NCBI GenBank assembly: GCA_964016885.1 | Contig: OZ024746.1 | Coordinates: 65,348,001-65,412,000 of the forward strand | Length of the DNA: 64,000 nt | Source of the DNA: Eledone cirrhosa | Taxonomy: Eukaryota | Reading direction: 5' to 3' | Shown: one piece after another, positions 56,890-64,000 of the stretch | How the letters are laid out: every line of letters begins with the position of its first letter | Numbering within the stretch: position 1 is the first letter of the stretch | The notes under the pieces: model-generated | Database searches by the model: none | What the model saw: only the letters and a program-made list of their open reading frames with translations | Told to the model about the DNA's origin: nothing | Position numbers and translations under genes: made by a program

Positions 56890-57339
56890 TCATTTCCACA
56901 GTGTATTACGTTGCTGCTTTGCTTTGTTATCTCTGTCTACTTGTCAGCCCCCACCCCCAAACACTCATATAGAGAGAGAAAGAAATATGCGTAAAAATTT
57001 AAACAGTCACACACACATATACGAAACTTTTTTCGTCAGAACAAGGAACCCTAAATACATTAAGAATTCAATTCCAAAATAGAACGCACCAACGTATAAA
57101 AAGTTGTGTTAACTGATTGGTTACTTACCAATCAGTCCTGTTTTGAGAGGCATCAAAGTAACAAATATGAATATAATATAGTATTAAATACACACACAGA
57201 CAGAAACACACAGACAGAAACACACACATACACATACACTCTCACACATACACACACATATGTATGTACGTATGCAAAACGGTAAAAAGCATTCAGAACT
57301 AACAAAGCAGATGACTCGAGAAATATGTTACATATGTTA

Positions 57340-57618
57340 CTAGACTAGTTGTTAGCTGTCTTAGTGTTTCTTTTCATTTTATCTCGTCTGAATTCATATT
57401 TTTTTTATTTCGGAGCTGTCGGCTATTTATGAAAAATTCATGAAAAACCCCGTATCTCCGGGCCCGTGCTCGGATTTACGCGAAACTTATTTTATTCCAT
57501 TTGTATTCCCATTTCAGGGGCAAATTCCTTTCAAAGTATTTTCCCATTATACACCGTTTTGGCTGTATTAAATTACATACAAGCACAAAAAACACAGAGT
57601 TTTAATAGTATATAGATA
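57340..57618 (-). mobile_element. possible non-autonomous Helitron fragment
   Basis: right end CACAGAGTTTTAATAGTATATAGAT resembles the end of the 63.0-63.9 kb element; CTAG near 57340-57350. Confidence 0.35.
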
Positions 57619-58407
57619 GGTGTTACAGCTCATCTCCGAATAAGCAACTCTTCAATGCAAAGCATTGTGTGTTTGCTAGGCGCGACTAAGGTTTGCGGTC
57701 GGATTTTGTAGGGATGACAGAAATTCGGCCGTTATAGATACTTTTATGTCGACAATGAGAGTCAACCAATCTACTGCCACATAGTTTAGGGGTACTAAAT
57801 TCTGTGAGAATATATTTTAGTCAAAATCAGTGGTGTGTGACGGTGAGTAAGATCAGATTAAAGGAGATATGTTCTGTGGAGGTCAAGAGGGTTATAAAAA
57901 GATATAAACATTTATAAAAAGTAATGACAGTTGGGTTGAATGTCGTGTTAAGTAAGTGAACAAAAGTGAATTAAGAAAAATACATTAAGGAAAAAACGCA
58001 AGAAAAAATAAATTAAGAGTAAATATAAATATATATTAGTTATAGGTTATAGTCTGTGTGTTTCGTTAAAATAATTGATTAATTAAGGGTAAGTAATCTA
58101 GTTCCCACTTATATGTGTGTGTTTGTATTGTGAAAGAAAATGCAAGAAGCGTGGTTTGGCGTTCTCTAGCGACTGACGTAAAGACTCTCCTCATATCTGC
58201 AAGGCCCCCAAAAGGATATACTTGTACCGAGTATACGGATATATTGAAGATCGGGAAATTAATTAATTCCAGACACTCAAGGAATGGAAACAAATTATGG
58301 CGTCTTGTGTGTAACTCGGAAAGTCTTCAGACGCATAACAGATAATTATTAATAGCAGTGATGCTAATGATCATGTTGATAGAATTATGGGGGTTGGGTA
58401 GAGAATA

Positions 58408-58449
<42 letters not shown>

Positions 58450-58450
58450 G

Positions 58451-58578
58451 GAAAAGAGTCAGGACCCCCCACACCCCGACGGGTGAGCTCCGGCCGTTTC
58501 GACAGCTAGATCCGAACTCTCTACTACCGAGTACTGTAGTGCATTATAGTTCGCCTGGTTTCTTACCACACTTTCTTT

Positions 58579-58581
<3 letters not shown>
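58451..58581. mobile_element. family D, right arm deleted
   Basis: left arm to AGATCCGAA joined directly to tail. Confidence 0.75.
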
Positions 58582-58637
<56 letters not shown>

Positions 58638-60149
58638 TAGAGACAATTGAGGTTGGTAATGGCACATGGAATATATAAGAGACAGAATACTTTTTTGTGA
58701 AAAAACATATAATTTTATGAGGGAAGGAAAGAATAAAGGTTATAAAAAATGACCGATTTCGATGGGTCTGCAAAAGCCATCTTTTCAAATGTTGATTGAT
58801 ATTAAGAAAAATTAATAATAAGAAGAGTTAAAATTTGAGATTTGAAAATTCAAGTATAAAATTCAGTGTGGGATTTCATAGTAGTTTTCATCTTGGTAGC
58901 AGTAAGTTGACTGCTGTGTGTCCCTTATATATATATACATATACACAATGTAAGTTTCTTAAATATTGAATATATATTTAGATGGCATGCAATATCGTTG
59001 ACGAAGCCTTACCATGTATATATGTAATTTCATTAGGTACGTACTCACAGCGTCTTAGATGTATCTCCTCTAACAAAGCTGTTTCTCATGACTAAGCAAG
59101 GAGATTTCTTTTTGAAACGAAGATGGCAAAACGGGAAACAAGGGTGAGGATAATGCCTTTTCTGAGCGCTTGCACACAAAGTGGAATAACCTCTAGTGGG
59201 AATTGAAAGCTCCGCTATGCTTACTAAATACGTATAAATTGCTCTATGTTATTCAATGTTATCTATTTTATGATATTGAACAAATTCCACTCTATTGACT
59301 AATTATTGTTACTGAAAAGAAGCCATGTCTGAGAGAACCTACAATCCAATAGGAAATTTATTCTTTGATTTCTGTTTATACTAAAAATATCAAAGTAGTG
59401 AATAACAAAGGTCGGATATTGTACACTAAATACTATTCAAGTTTGCAAAATGTGCAGTATAAAAGAGAGAGATGTCAAGAAAAAATATGCTTAAAAATAG
59501 ATGAATAACATTTCTTATGTTATCTTTAAAATGAAGAATATAGAATAATCTTCGAAGAAGAAAGGAAAATATACCGAATAATCTCTTTTTATTTGCAAGC
59601 TTGTTTCATGGTGTATCAAATTGTTGATAACTTGGTGTATTTGTAGCAGAGAAAGACGAAGAAGAAAAAAAAGGAATAGTTTATAACTTTAAAATGTTTG
59701 CTCGTTGTTTGTTCTTAAGAAATTAATACATGCATATAAGTGATCGATTCTATTGATATGCAAAGTTCGATCGATAGATCACAGATAAACTTTTGAAAAG
59801 AATAACTAATAGTATTAATAAAATAGATAGTTAGTCAGTGTCGAGGAAGTCATAAGAGTGGGAAAGAAAGGGAGATGGAGAAGGAGAGATAGTGTAAAAG
59901 TGAAAAAGCTGCTTGTGACAGACATGTGAGGATTGTAAGACAGAAAAACAGAAGAGTCTAGAAAATTCTGATGTAATATAAACATGATAGACGAAGCTAA
60001 AAAATCTATATATCCTTTACATAATTACACATACACTTATATATTTTCATGCTTCAATCCACCCATTCATATATATATATTGCCTCTAACAACTGGAATA
60101 GTACCTGCTATATGGCAGCTACAACTTCGATTCATACCTAATATATCAT

Positions 60150-60207
<58 letters not shown>

Positions 60208-60208
60208 C

Positions 60209-60273
<65 letters not shown>

Positions 60274-60277
60274 AGGA

Positions 60278-60340
<63 letters not shown>

Positions 60341-60343
<3 letters not shown>

Positions 60344-60672
60344 TTTCTTTATTAGCCACAGGAGCACAAAAGAAGGGGACAAATACAAAGGGGGAAGTTT
60401 ACATACAATAAAAACGTGTAAAATACTATCACAAATGGAATTTAAAATTAATCGATTTTCCCCAATAGGGAGAGACATTACATATGGGTAACACATACCC
60501 CCGAAAAAAAATGTTCAACCCTCATCTCCAGGAGTACGAAGGGTGAGTACCCCCTTCCTCTCTTCCTCTTTTTCCTCAACCTACAGGCTGATATAGAGAG
60601 AAAGCCCATTCATTCGTGCCATTCTCCTCACTTTCACCCACCTTTCATAAAACTTGCTGGGGTACAGCACCT
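60341..60672 (-). mobile_element. L1/Tx1-like LINE 3' end adjacent to (GA)n
   Basis: VLYPSKFYERWVKV...; ends GTGGCTAATAAAGAAA like 9541-9912. Confidence 0.5.
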
Positions 60673-60861
60673 GTACGAGGAGACCACTAGTCATGGAAGT
60701 ACTCAATGTACTCCCATTACATAGGGAGATGCAATGTACTACCATTGCATAGGGAGATGTAGAGTGGGTATAGAGACAAGTAAAACCCTGAGATTTGACA
60801 CTAGATTGGCTGCAGGAGGTACATTGCCTTTTATTGTTTTCCTTATTCTACAAGCATGAAG

Positions 60862-60913
<52 letters not shown>

Positions 60914-60915
<2 letters not shown>

Positions 60916-61014
60916 AAAAGAGTCAGGAACCCGACGGCTGAGCTCCGGCGGTTTCGATAGCTAGATCCGAACGGTGCGTTTTGGTCCACCTGGTTCCTTG
61001 CCACACTTTATTTG
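60914..61014. mobile_element. family D, right arm deleted
   Basis: left arm to AGATCCGAAC joined to GGTGCGTT..GGTCCACCTGG tail. Confidence 0.75.
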
Positions 61015-61019
61015 TTATA

Positions 61020-61087
<68 letters not shown>

Positions 61088-61099
61088 TATATATATGTG

Positions 61100-61135
<36 letters not shown>

Positions 61136-61818
61136 TGTTTGTATGTATATTTGATTCAAAAATATATAATTAAGTTATGACCAAGCTAATAAATAAATCG
61201 ACAGAATGTAACACTCCCCGCTGCATAGATTTTATGGACCGCCAAAAAGGTTATCTAAATGTACAAGTACAGTCGACACCAATTAAAAGCAAAAACAAAC
61301 CAAATTACAAAACAAAACTAAGTAAATGACCAAAGTTGATAAAAGACATACGTTACCCTGGTTCACCATAAAACATTTAGCAATAAGCGTCGGTTAAAAT
61401 TTATTTCAAAGAGAGCATAGCAAGCCCTGAAATTCTGTTTCTCTCAAACCAGTGGTTACCATTATCTATTTCATTTTGTACTGCTTCTATTCTCCTTTTG
61501 AACACATTTAATTACCTCTGTGGCCTTGTCTTGTAGCAGTTATCATTTGAAAACAAATTATTACTCATAAACATACAAAGTGTTTGTAATATCGTACAGA
61601 AATGACTTTTTATATCGAGATAAATTTGTTCATTAGCAAATATTCTATAAAGAAAAAGCTATTGGGACTGCAACAAATTAAATTCAATAATGCGTACTAT
61701 ATTTTAAAAAGAATCGTTAGTGATAATTTCTGTTGTGTATTTTCATATTTCGTGTTAGACTTGTAACATTGTCAAATATCAACTTATCAGCCTCTCTCTC
61801 AATGCCGAAGTAGAGTTT

Positions 61819-61962
<144 letters not shown>

Positions 61963-62280
61963 CCACACCCATCCCACCCACACATATATATATACATACA
62001 CACATTTTATAAGATAGTGTTTCGGATAGCTAATTTGTTTAAACAAACCTGCAGCACTCATTTTCTTTCTTTCACTATTTCTGTATATACATATCTAACT
62101 ATCTATCTAATATTATCTCTATGTATCAATGATACACTCAAACAAACTAACACACACATTCACCACACATATACACACACGTTGCAGCTTTTTGAGAGAG
62201 GAAGACCTTCGAAAAATTTAAAGAGCCCAAGATTCCACCAATACCTATGAGTTGATATACGCACGTATGCATGCCTAATA

Positions 62281-62890
62281 CATGGTGGCTGCAAACTAGT
62301 TTTCGAGTACGGCCACTACTTTATATCCATGTAGGAGAACCCCCACCGATGCGCTGAACGAGTATGACTTATTAGTCCAGCAAGCGACTTGAAAACTCTG
62401 GTACGAACACTACACCTGTGACAATTATTGACACATAGTGCTAGGCCCATGGTACCATGTGACGACAAGTGCAAAGAGATCTCCAGATATAAAGCAATGC
62501 CTGTGCCGTGAAGCTTTTATAGTGAGCAAAGGCACTGCACAAAGCCAGTCCCACTCTCTTAACCAATATGATATTTACCAAAAAGAAGAACAAGTCGACA
62601 TCATTGGATACCATCAGGGTTGCAGGTGTTATATCAGAGTTTTCCTTCTCCTAGAATTCTGCCTTGACAAAGGCTAAGGGGTCATCTCTCCCGGTGATTT
62701 TGGATGGCCATTGACTCTTAAGAGCTCTTTGCCCTTTGACAGGTTTTGTTTTTAGTCCTGCAGGATGTCCAAAGTCAGCCTCCTCACCAAGAAACCTTGG
62801 TGGGGTTGCCAGTTTAGTCGCCAACGACCCGACCATGAGACAGGTTGTACTGGGATACATGTTACCAGTAGCACCAACTGGTGACCTGAC
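62281..62890 (-). mobile_element. family C, longest (~610 bp) copy
   Basis: extends 5' of the other copies; sits in the (ATGT)n tail of a related 3' end at 62978-63028. Confidence 0.85.
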
Positions 62891-63036
62891 ATACATACAT
62901 ACATACATACATACATACATACATACATACATACATACATACATACATTCATACATACATACACACATACATACATAGATGATGGCTGCCCCCTCAATAT
63001 CGAGTATGGCCATTGCACGATATACCATTATTAATA

Positions 63037-63920
63037 ACTAGCAGTAAAGCCCGGCGTTGCTCGGGGTCGCTCAGTAGCTGTGTTAAAGTTACAATGTTAA
63101 GTTTCTTTCTTGGCTTAAAAACTGTAGTGTCTACTGTGCAGACTTGCATGTGGTGTTTTTGATTAATATTCCCTCAACCAACAATATGCCTTATGAAGTT
63201 AAGAAAACATAACGATAACCCGAATGTTATAACAAAAGAGGATGCTGGGGATAGAAACTGCACTGGTTATTTATTAACAAAGATCGAAAATGTAAACACT
63301 GCAACGCAGAGAAAAACATTAGCGTAACCAAATTATCAGTTATGTCTGTCTGCACGCCTATATCACCTCTCTGCACGACTGTCTGTCTGCACGCCTATAT
63401 CACCACTCTGCACGACTGTCTGTCTGCACGCCTATATCACCTCTCTGCACGACTGTCTGTCTGCACGCCTAACGACGAAATATTTGCTTGTTTTACGTAG
63501 TCTTTAAATAGACTTGTTTTCAAGTAAAAATATTGTTTTAAAATGCTTTTAAATGGAAATGAAGCAAAACGGAAGCTTAGTGTTCGAACTGATGAATTTT
63601 GGTGGCTCGACAACTGTTCGTTCGTGTATTGTGTTAATGTCATTTTAAACGCTGAGAAAGCCAGCGTAATTTTTTACGTAAGACGCTCAATGTAAACAGA
63701 ACAAAGGGAAATAACTGATAACTTACGCTCAAAAATCGATACATTATATTCGATTTCGTCACATAGGGTGGGTCAATTTGAAATTTTTTTTTCCGATGTC
63801 TTCGCTAGGGCTCAATGTACAAATATAGCAATTTCGGTGCAATTCCGTGAGAGATTCTAAGAGGAGATGTGTGCCAAAAATCGATAGACAGACAGACAAC
63901 CACAGTTTTATATATATAGA
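63037..63920 (-). mobile_element. non-autonomous Helitron
   Basis: minus strand starts TCTATATATATAAAA, has (CTGT)n, ends with hairpin CCCGAGCAACGCCGGG then CTAGT. Confidence 0.75.
63343..63470. repeat. 37-bp minisatellite, ~3.5 copies
   Basis: unit TGTCTGTCTGCACGCCTATATCACCTCTCTGCACGAC, no spacers. Confidence 0.95.
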
Positions 63921-64000
63921 TTATTAATTAATTCTATCGTACAATGTCTGTGCGTGAAGATATTTTCTAAAGTGAGGAAATACTGTGCACTGAGCCAATT

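Noticed and set aside
60705-60760. 28-bp tandem duplication
   Set aside because: Two copies only; ordinary local duplication
63343-63470. 37-bp direct repeats as a CRISPR array
   Set aside because: Units are contiguous with no unique spacers, there are no cas genes, and the context is eukaryotic

Overview
This window is AT-rich animal genomic DNA, intronic or intergenic. The SINE families and microsatellite load suggest an octopus or other cephalopod; that is an inference from recalled repeat families, not a search. No host protein-coding exon could be supported, and almost all tracked ORFs are read-throughs of (TA)n/(CA)n/(GA)n tracts. The window is a mosaic of microsatellites, two tRNA-derived SINE families and dead non-LTR fragments (RTE, CRE-like, R4/Dong-like, L1/Tx1-like, at least two Penelope-like clades). 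It also holds two MITEs and a non-autonomous Helitron. The most striking unannotated signal is a dense set of type I hammerhead ribozyme (HHR) motifs: about a dozen, in at least eight different flanking-sequence families. Nearly all lie in short non-coding modules inserted in (TA)n tracts and are often duplicated as inverted fold-backs. One family is a ~321-nt tandem HHR unit present at two loci that looks like a non-LTR retrozyme (circular RNA) mobilised by Penelope-like elements. Coordinates were read by eye and may be off by a few bases; no folding or database search was run.
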